Source: Lobosporangium transversale
Taxonomy: Eukaryota
Assembly: GCF_002105155.1 (NCBI RefSeq)
Contig: NW_019028989.1
Location: 186,001-250,000, forward strand
Reading direction: 5' to 3'
DNA length: 64,000 nucleotides
Below are positions 38,453 through 50,651 of the stretch, in pieces (positions within the stretch are counted from its first letter, which is position 1; each line of letters opens with the position of its first letter). The notes below the pieces were generated by a model. It was not told the origin of the DNA, searched no databases, and saw only the letters and a program-made list of their open reading frames with translations. The translations under genes and the position numbers were made by a program.

Positions 38453-39729
38453 ATGTTTCGCTCTCTGCTACGCCCATCAGCTGCTGTCTTCAGGACTATT
38501 CCTGCCTCACACAGTGTAATCTTACGCCATGCCACAACGACTGCCACACCCACAATCAAACCCAATATTAAGCTCATTGCAGAGATTCGCAAAACAATTG
38601 AGGGTGTTTCCATGATGAAGGCCAAGGAAGCTCTCATTCAATCGGACAACAATCTCGAGAAGGCTCTTGAGTGGGTTCGTGAGGATGAGGCCAAGTCAGG
38701 TATTAAGAAAGCTGAGAAGCTTAAGGATCGTCAGGCTCTTGAAGGTCTTATTGGTGTTGTTGTGGGCGAAGTCGGAGAGCACGGAAACCGGGGTGCCATT
38801 GTGGAGGTACACACATACAAATATATATATATATATATATATATGGATCATTACCAGATATCTTGAATGCCATTCTTTACATCTTGTTAAATATGAATAC
38901 TCTGTGGCTGTTTTTTTTTTTTTTTTTTTAGGTCAACTGTGAGACCGATTTCGTCTCAAGGAATGATCTTTTCAAAGGACTGGTGAGCCAGATTGCTTCT
39001 ACTGCTCTTTTTGTCGTTGATGGATCACCTGCTATTGGATCAGGAACGGGTGATCAGAAGGGGCTCATGCAGGAGGTCCCTGTTTCAGACTTGCTGCAGG
39101 CACCCATTCTTCCTGATCCAGCAGCAGCAACGACGAATGCTCAAGCACAACAGCAGGAGCTCATTACCGTCCAGGAATCTATTACAAAAATGATTGCAAA
39201 GTTGAGCGAAAACATTTCATTACGTCGTTGTGCAGTCGTCAACATCCCTGAAAATCAGCGCGGATTGGTCTTGACTGGAGGTGCAACACATGGAGGCGAA
39301 AACCATCCGATCACTGGAAAGCTGGGAGCCATTTCTGTCTTGACATTAGTCTCAAAGCAAGGTGCTTCCAAGAAAGTCGTCCCCTCGATAGCCGTTACTA
39401 CTTTATCAAGGCAGTTGACACGTCATTTGATTGCTTCTCCATCACTCACCATCTATCAAGAAGACTGCAAGATCCCATTGGAAATCTCCAACGGGGGACA
39501 TGCTCCTCCTGAAGAGGTCGATGCATGGTTGGATGAGAGAGTCTTGATGCGTCAGCCATTTGTCTTTGGAGGTGGAAAAGTTGAGCAGGTGATTTCAAAG
39601 ATTGCCAAAGAGGAGGGTCTGAGGATTAAAGTGGTTGATGCTGTGCGATGGGAAAGAGGTGAAGGTATGGTCAAAGCCGAGGCTGCAGACTTTGCAGAAG
39701 AAGTTAGACATCAACTTGAGAAAAAGTAG
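38453..39729 (+). CDS. TSF1: Mitochondrial elongation factor Ts
   Basis: Exons 38453-38806 and 38932-39729. UBA-like N-domain (LIAEIRK..SMMKAKEAL), EGLIG, VEVNCETDFV signature, ENISLRR and DFAEEV C-terminus. Confidence 0.95.
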
Positions 39730-39968
39730 TCATAAAATAGAAGCATTTTCTTGTGCAACAATATAAAATAATTGGATGACAAAGAGTCTGATTTACATCG
39801 ATATTTTATTAAGTTGAGGAAGGGATAACAATGAAAGTAACTAAAGTAATCTAAACTAAAAGAAGGAACAAAGAAAGAAAGAAAAAAAAAAAAAAAAAAA
39901 ACTACAAGGATGGAAGAGAGGAGGAAAAGTATAAAGGGAAGCATGAAAGGAAGAAAGGGAAAATATGC

Positions 39969-42203
39969 TTACGTGTACGCATACTGGGGTCCGCCGCCGC
40001 CCTCTGGAACTGTCCAATCGATGTTTTGGCTAGGATCCTTGATATCACATGTCTTGCAGTGAATGCAGTTCTGAGAGTTGATTTGCAATCTCTTCGAGCC
40101 TTCAGGACCATTCTCGTTCTCCACAAACTCATATACACCAGCAGGGCAGAAGCGACCCTCGGGTCCATCAAAAATCTTCAAGTTACGCTGGACGGGAATG
40201 TCCTTGTCCTTGAGACGTAAATGCACGGGCTGGTTCTCGGCATGGTTTGTGCCAGTTCTGGAGACTGAGGTGAGCAGATCAAATGAGATGACGCCATCAG
40301 GCTTGGGGTATTCGATCTTCTTAGAACCCTTGGCTGTTCTCAGACGCTCATGGTCTGGCGTCGTATTGTGGAATGTCCATGGTGTTCTACCTTTGAGGAG
40401 GATTGTGTCTATACCAGAGTAGAGCACACCTCCGATATTTCCGAGGGGGCTATGGAAACTAGGTCTACAGTTGCGAATTTCATTCAATTCCTTCCAGATC
40501 CAGCTCTCCTTGACCTTCTTCTCAAAGTCCTCCAAGACGATGGGCTTGTCTGGAGAGTAGTCTTTGGAGGTAATAGCAGCGTAAGCAGACTCAGCAGCCA
40601 ACATTCCGGATTTCATAGCAGTGTGTGTGCCCTTGATCTTAATCAAATTCAGGAATCCAGCTGTGCATCCGATCAAAGCTCCTCCAGGGAAGTAAAGCTT
40701 GGGAATTGACTGAAGTCCACCTTCGTTAAGGGCACGAGCAGCATAGGAGAGACATTCTCCTCCCTCAAGGAGATCTTTAACATATGGGTGATGCTTCCAG
40801 CGCTGGAACTCCTTGTAAGGGTGAAGATAGGGATTTTCATAGTCCAGGCCAACAACAAGACCCAAGCTGAGCATGTCATCGCCCATGTGATAAATAAAGG
40901 AACCACCATAAGTAGAATTGTCAATGGGCCAACCCAATCCGTGGACAACTGTGCCGGGCTTGGATTTGCTGGGATCGATCTTCCAGACCTCTTTTATGCC
41001 GATACCATATGTCTGAGGGTCACATTCATCACGCAGGTTGAACTGACGGAAGAGTTTCTTTGTCAAAGAACCGTGGCATCCTTCGGCAAAAAGCGTTACT
41101 TTGGCATGGAACTCCATACCGCGCTCAAAGTTATCCTTTGGTTGAAAATTCTTGTCCAATCCGACGTCGTTGGTTGCAACTCCTTTCACGCTTCCATCCT
41201 CGTTGTACAAGATCTACAATTGTAAAAGACAAATATTCATATCAGCATCTTGGATTTTTTTTTTGTACAAGCGTGGGAAAAAGTCGAGTCAAGATGTGTC
41301 ATATTTACCTCGCTAGCAGCAAATCCAGGAAAAACTTCAACGCCAGCCTCCTCGGCTTGCTCACCTAACCACTTCACATAGTTGCTCAGAGATACAATGT
41401 AGTTGCCTTTATTATTCATCTGAGGTGGATGGGGCAAAGGGATAGCATAGTTCTTAGTGAAGAGCTTCATATGGTCACTGAGGGCTGGTTGGTTCAAAGG
41501 AGCCTGATTTGAAAATACAAATAAATATCGGACAAATGTTAATGATCGCTGTCTCATGCTCTCATGACCTCACAAGAGACACAGAATGATTAAAACTGTA
41601 TTTTTAAAGTTAACTTACTCCCTTCTCTTTCCAGTCAGGGATCAATTCATCCAGAGCACGAGGTTCAAGAACAGCTCCAGAGACAGTATGGGCTCCTGTA
41701 AAAGAAAATAAAGTTGTTGAGTTTCAGGCGAGTTATGAACAGATCATAGAGAACAAACGATAATAGGCATAGCCGGATCTCTTACCAATCTCGCCAGCCT
41801 TCTCCAATAGGACCACACGGATTTCTTGACCTCCAGCACTTGCAAGCTGCTTCAGCTTGATGGCAGCACTGAGACCAGCTGGGCCTCCGCCGACGATGAC
41901 TACATCGGTCTCATCAGCATAACGTTCAGCTTTAGTTGGATCTTCAGAGTCTTCCATAGTTTCCTCGTCGCTCAACCTTGGGAGGGATTGAGAAAAGGCG
42001 CGAATGGCAGTGTTGTTTGCGCGAGCATAATTGAAGGGAACCTTGTGCGTGATAGATGCACCTTGACGGCGTCCAATAGCAGAGGAAATAGTGACAAAAG
42101 TGCGTTTAGGAGTAGAGCTGGCCCTTGTGCCTGTCACAGCAGAGCGTGCAAAGGCTGAATTTAGGGCGCGAGAGGATCTACCCAGGGTGACAAGGGACGA
42201 CAT
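39969..42203 (-). CDS. ETFDH: Electron transfer flavoprotein-ubiquinone oxidoreductase (ETF-QO)
   Basis: Exons 42203-41786, 41695-41619, 41503-41309 and 41213-39969. FAD motif [24 protein letters not shown]; 4Fe-4S motifs RFCPAGVYE and [13 protein letters not shown]. Confidence 0.97.
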
Positions 42204-42732
42204 GATGAATGATCCTGGTCCTGATCCTGAGATGACAAGCTACTGAATGAGAGAAAGAGAGGAGGAAGAGAGGGGAGGGAATAGAGGTAAGAAAGGAAAA
42301 AAAGAGCGTGCGGAGAAAAAAGAAAGGAAAGGCAAGCTTTCTCCGAAGATTTATTTTTTTGACGTTTGTTCCGTGGGACGAAAATAACCACCAGTGATTT
42401 CTTATTGCAAATCCTTTCGTTCATTGGAGGACATGTCGCGAAAACACCGAGAAGTAAAGTTCATCGCGCGAGCTGCACCAGGTTGTTGTCAATTAGACCG
42501 CATTTAGGTGTTTTATACAGAATAAGTGCACACGTAAAGCTATCGACCATCTCTGGCATGTGATCCATGTTGTCAGCAGAACCTTAATGGTCAATCTCAA
42601 TCCTGCATACTACGCGTCATTCTAACCTCATTCTTTTTCACACCACGTTCCCACGAACATTTCTTCTCTTTGTCTCTTTTCCATACAAATATTCTCTACA
42701 CAAATAAGTTCCTTATTATCTTCTTCTTAACC

Positions 42733-43494
42733 ATGTCTGTTACCAGAGTTGTTGAATCGCGTGTCATAGACGTATGAATACTCTCAAAAGAGGACTTACT
42801 TTGCTACGTTACAATATGAAGGAAAAAAAAAAAAAAAAAAAGATTTAACAAATGTGAGCAATTTATCTTCTGATTTTGGTATGTCTTTAGGCACCCATCG
42901 ATATTGTGTGGCCTTTTGTTCGATCAGTCGAACTGAGTTTCTGGAGAGCTGTCAAGAGTGTTGAAGTAAAGGGGTCCGCCAGTGAAGGTATCTTATCACA
43001 ATCTGGATATCCATTTCTTGTGAAGTTAATCTCTTGTCTAATCTATTTACTTTATTTTGCCTTCAATTAATTACAAGTGGGAAGCACCCGAAAGATCTCT
43101 TTTCATGATGGAGCCGTTCAGGAAGTCAAGATTGTCGAATTGTCTGGTAACTTTCAATAACGATTTCAAACAAAAAAAAAAAGAAAAAAAGAAAAAAAAA
43201 CAGACATGACAAGAAGACAAATTAAAATATTTCTTCTGGTGTAATAATTTTATTGTTGTAGATCTCACTCACTCTGTGAGCTACGACTTCATCGAGGCTG
43301 AACCCGCAGTCGACTTTATGTCAGCTTTACATACTATCAGTCTCCGAAAAGTTACAGCAAATAATGCCACGTTCGTGGAGTGGTCTGCCGAATTTTCATC
43401 CGATGCACAACTTGGTAAAAGCCATTAAAGTCTCAATGATTTGACTGGCACTTTAATCATAGCATCACTATTCAAGACTGTGCTCACTAACATT

Positions 43495-43542
<48 letters not shown>

Positions 43543-43627
43543 CAACGATGTAGCGGTGATTGAGGACAGCCGTTACAAGCGCCTGGAGGGTTTAGAAGAC
43601 CTCGCCAAGGCTGTTGCAAAAAAATGA
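42733..43627 (+). CDS. Small SRPBCC/Bet v1-like (polyketide cyclase/dehydrase-type) ligand-binding protein; not in the ORF track
   Basis: Exons 42733-42771, 42891-42987, 43078-43146, 43262-43414 and 43554-43627 give MSVTRVVESRVIDAPIDIVWPFVRS...VGSTRKISFHDGAVQEVKIVELSDLTHSVSYDFI...ATFVEWSAEFSSDA...LEGLEDLAKAVAKK. Confidence 0.88.
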
Positions 43628-43812
43628 AATCGTTGTCCTTTTGATAACACAAGCACTATGCGCTTTTTTTTTTGAAATTTCATACGTACTTTTTGAATAA
43701 AAGAAAAACGTGCTATCTCATAATATTGGTGGCAAAGTCACTATTCAAACTGTAAACAAACAAGCATTTCTTTCAAAATGTAGTCCTGCTTGAACTTTCT
43801 CCCAAGGACGCC

Positions 43813-45675
43813 ATGGCTAATCCATCAACACAACCGCCAAGCAATGCAACGACTACCAATATCATCTTTGGGCGGGATTTTGTACAATCTTCCTACGCCC
43901 TGCTAGAGGTCCCAAAGTCACTTGAAAATTATATTGACGAGCATGAAAGCAGGCTCGTAAGGTACCAAGAGCTATAGAACTCGTTGCATTGAAAAAAAAG
44001 CATGCCATCGATTCCCAGACCCCAAGAGTCTAAAAAGTGAATGCCTGCTTTATAGTTTCCAAGTGCGAGGCATAGAAAAGGATACAGCTGTGTTATGTAC
44101 CCCAACACAAACTTTCAGTCTTCAACGAGCCCATACTTCCAATACGTTGATACCCATTGCACCTGTTATCGGCAGGAAACCTGAAAGCCATAATGATATG
44201 GATTTGGACGATCCATATCGTACGGACCGCCCCGATATTGAAGAGTCATCGTATGGCAAGCATGCGGTTCTGGATATGATGAATAGCGTCCTCGATTTGA
44301 TACCCATTCCACCACGGCTGGATCGGCTAGCAGAGCTATTAGGGGAATGTCTCTTTGAAGGATGGGCACATGAACACGAGGTGAAAGTAATTATTACTTC
44401 TTGAATAGATCGATGTCAAAGACAAGAAAATAGAAGGTACATAACGCAAGCTCCAAACACACTGCTGACATACATATATACACTCGCTCTTTTACATTTA
44501 ACATTACAGGGGCGTCTTTACACATGGAGGGAGTTACAATCGACTGTTCAGGCTAGTGATAAAGAAATTTTGCAATGGCTCAAGGATAAGCATGCTAAAG
44601 AAATTAATGGTACCTAGTTTTAAAAACTAAGTGATATGATATGTTTGAAGCAAAGACCTAAAGTAGAGTCGCCTCTAAAACTACAGTGATCATCTAAAAT
44701 GGTTATTCAGGCTATTGGAGACTCTTCAGGCGACGATTCATGTACGACATCTTAACAGAAATCTTGGTATCCTTGAGCATCGAGGGTATGACACCAGATG
44801 CAGTCGATGCAAGAATGATTTGCAAGCAATTCGAGGAAAGTGAGACTGCCAAAGAGACTGGTATTGAGGCGTGGATGGTTGAACATTGTCTCGAAAGCTT
44901 TTCGGAAAACGAACAAGAGTCTAATTCTGGTATTTTGATGCAGCAGGAGCGGGGACAGAAGAGACATCTGATAAAATTGATATGCTTTTGAACCTCTTCC
45001 ATAAAGCTACCGAAACTAATGGCCGGGTCACTTTGTTAATTTGTCTTTTAGGGATATATCGACTTTCAGCGGTGAAATTATGCACATTCATGGGAGTTCA
45101 CCTACTATCCGCGATCGAAAGGGTAAAAAGAAAGGGATATGAAAGAAGCACTGACATGTCAGCCTAGTGTAAGAAAAACTTTGGTGACAATAACTGAACT
45201 GGATTTTTTAATATCATTTCGGACACTGGATAGGGTAAACGATGGAGGCTAGACGAGTTTATGACCATGTGGAAGAAAGCAGTACAGGATCTCTTCGAGC
45301 CAGATCTTGCTTATCTCGCTGTAAGTAATAATGTAGATTAAATAGCCTAGTATTGCTCTGAAACCTGATGTTTACTTTGTCGAACTTCTCCTGACATAGG
45401 GCGAGTGCTTTGTTGAGAACGAGCGTGGCCTTGAAAAAAAACAAACAATTACTTATATTCGATACTTCCCAAAGAGTCGCCTACCGAGCGATCCAGCAGG
45501 TCGATTCATGGCGTTATTTGAAATCAAGGAAAAATGGGGAGGTCAAGAGATTCGTCCATTCCTACGGGACCTTGTATTGGATGAGAAGAAGTTAGATGTG
45601 CTATTGCTAAAGCATGCGAGAAGTGTGAAGCAGCCTGGTGGAGGCGTTATCTATAGTAGTCGTGTCATTAAGTAA
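43813..45675 (+). CDS. DCC1: Sister chromatid cohesion protein Dcc1 (Ctf18-RFC subunit)
   Basis: Exons 43813-43961, 44056-44386, 44510-44609, 44711-44929, 45052-45122, 45234-45320 and 45400-45675. Motifs AVLCTPTQTF..SNTL, VQASDKE, GYWR and LPSDPAGRFMALF..KEKW..EIRPFL. Confidence 0.9.
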
Positions 45676-45744
45676 TAAACATAAGCTTAGATAAATACAT
45701 TAAGTCATCGTATTATTATTTGTTTCATGGTATTTGATTCTACA

Positions 45745-48700
45745 TTATTCTTCTTTCATCTCAACAGCCTTTGCAGTCTCATCAACATTCTTTGGCTTAG
45801 TATCCATGGGGTCATCTGCCTCGCGTAATTTCTTTTCTTCCTTCTTCTCTTCGTCTCCCTCTTCCTCCTCCTCCTTTTTCTTCTCCTCTCCCTCTACCTC
45901 CCCCTCGTCTTTGCCGTCCTGTTTTTGCTTGGACATAAGCAAATCATCCAGCCTTTGCTGTAGGATTTTGACGGCCTTCATACCCTCTAGTGCAGCAAAT
46001 TTACTTCCATTACGTGCTTTGGCGACTGTGTCTGTCTTCATCCTTTGGATGTAGTACTTCAAATAGTCAGTATTGGTCGTCTCGAGCATCTGTTCTAGAG
46101 TCGCATCGGACCCCAGACGTCCATCGACAGCTGATGAGGGAGTAGAAGATGAGGGTTTGACTGAGAGCTCCCCTTTCTCATTGGTTTCTTCCTCAGCCAC
46201 TATCGCCAGCGATGTAGAGATGTTGGCGTTGCTAGAGACAGATGATGTGAGTTTGTTGACCTTGTATTTAGAGTACTTGTCAGGTACACTACTGCTCCTG
46301 CTTATTACGCTCTTCCTTCTTTGCATCGTATAATCCTCCTCGTCGTCATCATCCTCCATGTCATTAATGTTATTAATTTTACTAGGCGCCTGAATATTAG
46401 TAGCGACTGGTTTAGCTGGCGCGGTAGATATCGGGGTTGTTGTTGGTTCAACCTGCCCTGGTGCCTCAGTCTTTACTTTCCTAACTGTTGCTACTACAAC
46501 TTCCTCTTCGCTACTTTCTTCATCATCTTCTAGGATCTCATCAGTATCTTCATCGCTTGAGGCCATTTCCAGTAAGACTTCCTGCCAGCGTGCTTCAAGA
46601 GCTTGAGCACGCTTCAGAGCGATGGCTGCAGATCGCTTGTCGCCTTTGTTCATGCGGCTCGTCGCGTATGTCTTCGCCTGCTGAACGTAAAGCCATAATT
46701 CTTCTGCACTTTCCAGCTTGAGTAATTGAGGGAGAGGTGTAGAAATGGGAAGTAGCTTGGGTTTGTTGCTTTTAGCCTTGGCTTTAGGCATTGGAGCAAT
46801 AGGCACATCATTATCTTTCTGCTCCATTTCCATTTCTTCCACTTCGTCCTGTGTGCCCTTAGCTTCCTGCTTTGGCTTCTGAGTTTCCTGTTCAGCCGTT
46901 ATCTCTACAATTACTGGAGCTTCAGTGGAGAGTTGTGGAGCTGGGGTTGAAGGTTCAGACAAGATGATGGGCATGGAGAGTATTTGTGTATTCAGTGTTA
47001 GATCATCGCTTGACTTGACTTGTTCTTCCGACAATAGTGACGACAAGCGCTGATCTTGCTCTAGGTCAGCCATGGAGAATGTACTGGAGACACGGTATAA
47101 TGACGAAGTCTCCTTGCGTTTAGGATTCCACCAATGCTTTTTGGCCATCTGAGATGATGGCTCAGAGCCTCCTGATTTCGAAGACTGGAACGAAGCTCGC
47201 CGATTGATAGAGACGTCATCCAGAAGGATTGTGCTAGTGCTCAATGGGCGGTTCTCTAAGTTAGTGGTATCGAGGTCCAATACAGTGCTAGTGCGTGCCT
47301 TGACGGTATCCGAACGTCCGAGGCTGAAGATGCTTGAGCGGTTGGCCTTGGTGGACCCAAGTGGAGCCAAGACATCTTCTTCCAGTGGTTTCACATCCTT
47401 CTTGGCTTTTTTGACCTTCTCCTTCTTCAGACCCTTATTTGAGAGAACCCTCTCAAATGATTCTAACTGGCTCACCCATGAATCCCAGTTCTCGAGTGCT
47501 GCTTCTTCGTTTTCCTCCAAAGTATAATCCATGACCTCTTCCACGGGCTAGATGAGACCATCGTAGTAGACAGTTAGTATTGAACATTGATAAATTAATA
47601 GTAATTTGCCTTACATAACCTAGCAGACAAAGTAGTACTCACCAACACGAAACCGATAATTTCGCGGTCCTCGCTCACCTCCACTCTCTCCATGAGTGGA
47701 CCTTCAACCTCTTCTTGGTATTCATAAGGGACGTATTCATCGCTATCTCTCTTCGTGTCCTTAGGTCGAACTGCCAAGGCCGCAGCCATTTCGATAGCTT
47801 TGCGATCCGTAACAGAAGCTTTTCGTTCAGTGCTATGAGCGCTTTGGTGAGTGTGTTGGCTGTACATGGATTTCGAGTCTTCATTCGTAAGGGTTTTGGT
47901 CAAAGCCCCGTTCGCTTGCTGTGACTCAATATCTTTGTTCTTCTTACTCTTAAAGATACTGAAGTGGCGGGACTTGGATCGCTTAAAAGTCTCTGTTTCA
48001 ACAGACTTGGCTTCCGTAGCAATGGCTTCTTGTGCATCATGTGAAATGCTTTCGTTTGTTTCATCTTCAGTCTCCTTTAATTTTCCATCGGGTTCTTGGG
48101 GTGCAGGGCCCATTCCATCTTCACTCGCCCTATCAACAACCTTTGCTTCTACAGAAACATCTGCCTCCTCTATATGCTCAGTAATTGCATCCACTGTATC
48201 CGCTTCCGGAAGCTCATGGATGTGAGACTGAGATACCCCTTGCTTCTCCAAAGCATAAAGAGCTGATTGACCGGATGAAGGGGTACTGTCTTCCCTCAGA
48301 TCGGAAAGGGGAATCACTTTGTCAAGTGAAGCAACGCTGCTCATAGGATGAAGCTTTCCCTTGCTTGGCTCGCGTGGTGACACGTTACCGAACATGGCTT
48401 CGTCCATAAGTTTTGCTACATGCTCGAGGCGGTCCTGATCCCTATCCACATTCTTCTCCTTATCTTTTTCTTTGTCCTTTTTCTTTAAGCCATACCATGT
48501 ACGTTTTGATTTCGTTTTTTCTAGTGTATGACTGGTTTTTTGCGGTGAGGATACAGGCCTTGCCTCAATCTCACCTATATGCTCAGTAAAGGCGCTTCTA
48601 AATGGGGCCACAATATTGACATCAGCCGACTGCCGCTCATAGCCCTGACCTTGTTCAATATCCTCTAGCCCTTCTTCTTGCTGCCGCCCTTCTTCTTGCT

Positions 48701-50651
48701 CCTGTCCCTGCATCGCGTGTTCATGTTCTCCCTCATGCGCTCCTAGCGCCTCTTCTGTAACGCCTTCTTCGTCAAATGATTGTGGTTGCTGTCCTTCCTT
48801 TAAGAATGAAGAGCCTGGGATATTTTGATATATATTCTCGCCATCATCATTGTCTTCATTATTGTCATTAGTATCCTCATGATGTTTTGAAGTGTAGGCT
48901 TCGGCCTCTGAAGAATGTGAATTGATGCTTTTTTTCACTTTTTCGGTCGAAGAAATAGCTTCTTCAGTATTCTAGTTACATTGACAAAAACAAGGAACCG
49001 TCAGAAAGAATGGATTGCGACAAGTCCATGCGCTCATTCTAGCTCGTGAAAGCTCAGTTACTTACCTGATTCTCAGTAGCTTGTGCACGACCTTTTGTGT
49101 CTGCAATGTAGTATGGGTCGATATCTTCGTCATTATCATCAAAATATTGACCTTGCTCGTCATACTCATCATCATAATCTTCGTCTGGTGTGTTCGAAAC
49201 GTACCAGTCCGCATAATTCCGTTGCGAATATGCATCAGTATGGTCTGCAGGGTCGACAAAGTATTGTGGCGATAGCTGCTGTTGGTGAGGAATGGAGAAG
49301 ACAGGCTCTGTTTGAACAACATTTGGCTGCATTTTGTAATCCTTAGAAGTTTCGTTATTCGAAAACGATTTTGACTTCTTCTTTCCAAAGGGTCTCCACT
49401 TGGACGATTTAGTAGTCTGCTCCTGCTGTGATTGATTAGGTTCTGAAGATTGCTTCTTTTCAATCTGTTGTATAGGAGGGTTGCTCATGAAGATGGGCGA
49501 AACAACAACTGATGGAGGACTAGATACCTGTAGCGGAGGGGTGAAGGGTACAGTGTATGAATCAACGACTGCAGTAGTATGGCCATTATTAGAAGCGTAT
49601 CCATTACTACCTTCATTGAAACTGATATGTTGGGAATTGAAGTCACCCCCATTGATATGTCCAAAGTTCGGAGCATGAGAAGCTGAGGACTGGGTTTTCG
49701 AACGCTTCTTTCCGAATAGGCGAAAGCCCTTTTCTTTTTCCACAGGATAGCCTCGTTGCTGTATATCGGCCTGTTGTGGTTGTTGAAGGTGGTATTGTTG
49801 ATGCTGCTGCAGAGCGTGGGGCTGATATGCCTGCGGTTGGTACTGCTGGTATGGATACTGATGGGAGATTGAATAGTGGTGATCGTAGTCGCCCTCATGG
49901 TCCTGGTTTGTGGCGCCAGGATGAGATAAGGAAGCGGGGATAGGTGGTCCGTCAACTTTGTTCAATGCAGCCTCTTCCAATTGTCTGACTCTGTCGAGGT
50001 AGATTGCTTGCTATTATGCATTAAAAAAAAAGAAGGCGCAGGGGGTGTTAGAAAAATTTCTAGTGCCTGAATTTGCCAAAATGTTTCACTGCGCTGCATC
50101 ATTTACATGGACGTGCGATTTTTCAAGGTTAATTCTCTCCACAAAAAAAAACTTACAATTGCAAGCATCGATTGCTTCTTCTTCTCACTGGAGCACATGG
50201 GAATGACTCGACCGAGATCATTGGCTGCTTGAGCATATAGATTTGCCGCCAATGCTGTCTCCTGTAACTCGTCTAGCTGAACAGCTTGCTGAGCTTTTAC
50301 GAGAGCTGCATCAAAAATGCTTTTCCAATTGCCATCAGACCAAGTTTCTTGCTCTCGGACTGAGCGTGGGTGACTCAGAGGGCTTGGTCGAGGTGAGGAG
50401 AGTGAAGCTCTAGATGGATCATAAGGCAAAGGTCCACCAGGATAGATCAGTTGGCCTGAAGCGGTGACAGTAGGTTGTCCTGACTGTGACGAAAAGGACG
50501 AGTGCGACGAGTGACTAGTATTGCTGTAAGTGTGGGCATGGCCGCTAGTGTTGTTGTAGTAATCCTGTTGTGGAGGAGGGGGTGGAGGTCCTGTTGGCGG
50601 ATTTGCCAGGGTAGCTGACCTCCTGTTCCTAGAGGAAGGCGCTGGTGTCAT
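45745..50651 (-). CDS. Large acidic, disordered protein with an N-terminal MIT domain and two C-terminal DM14-like helical repeats
   Basis: Exons 50651-50157, 50010-49066, 48971-47643 and 47547-45745 splice in frame. MIT: ALVKAQQAVQLDE..AANLYAQAANDL..KKKQSMLAIQAIYLDRV. Confidence 0.8.
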
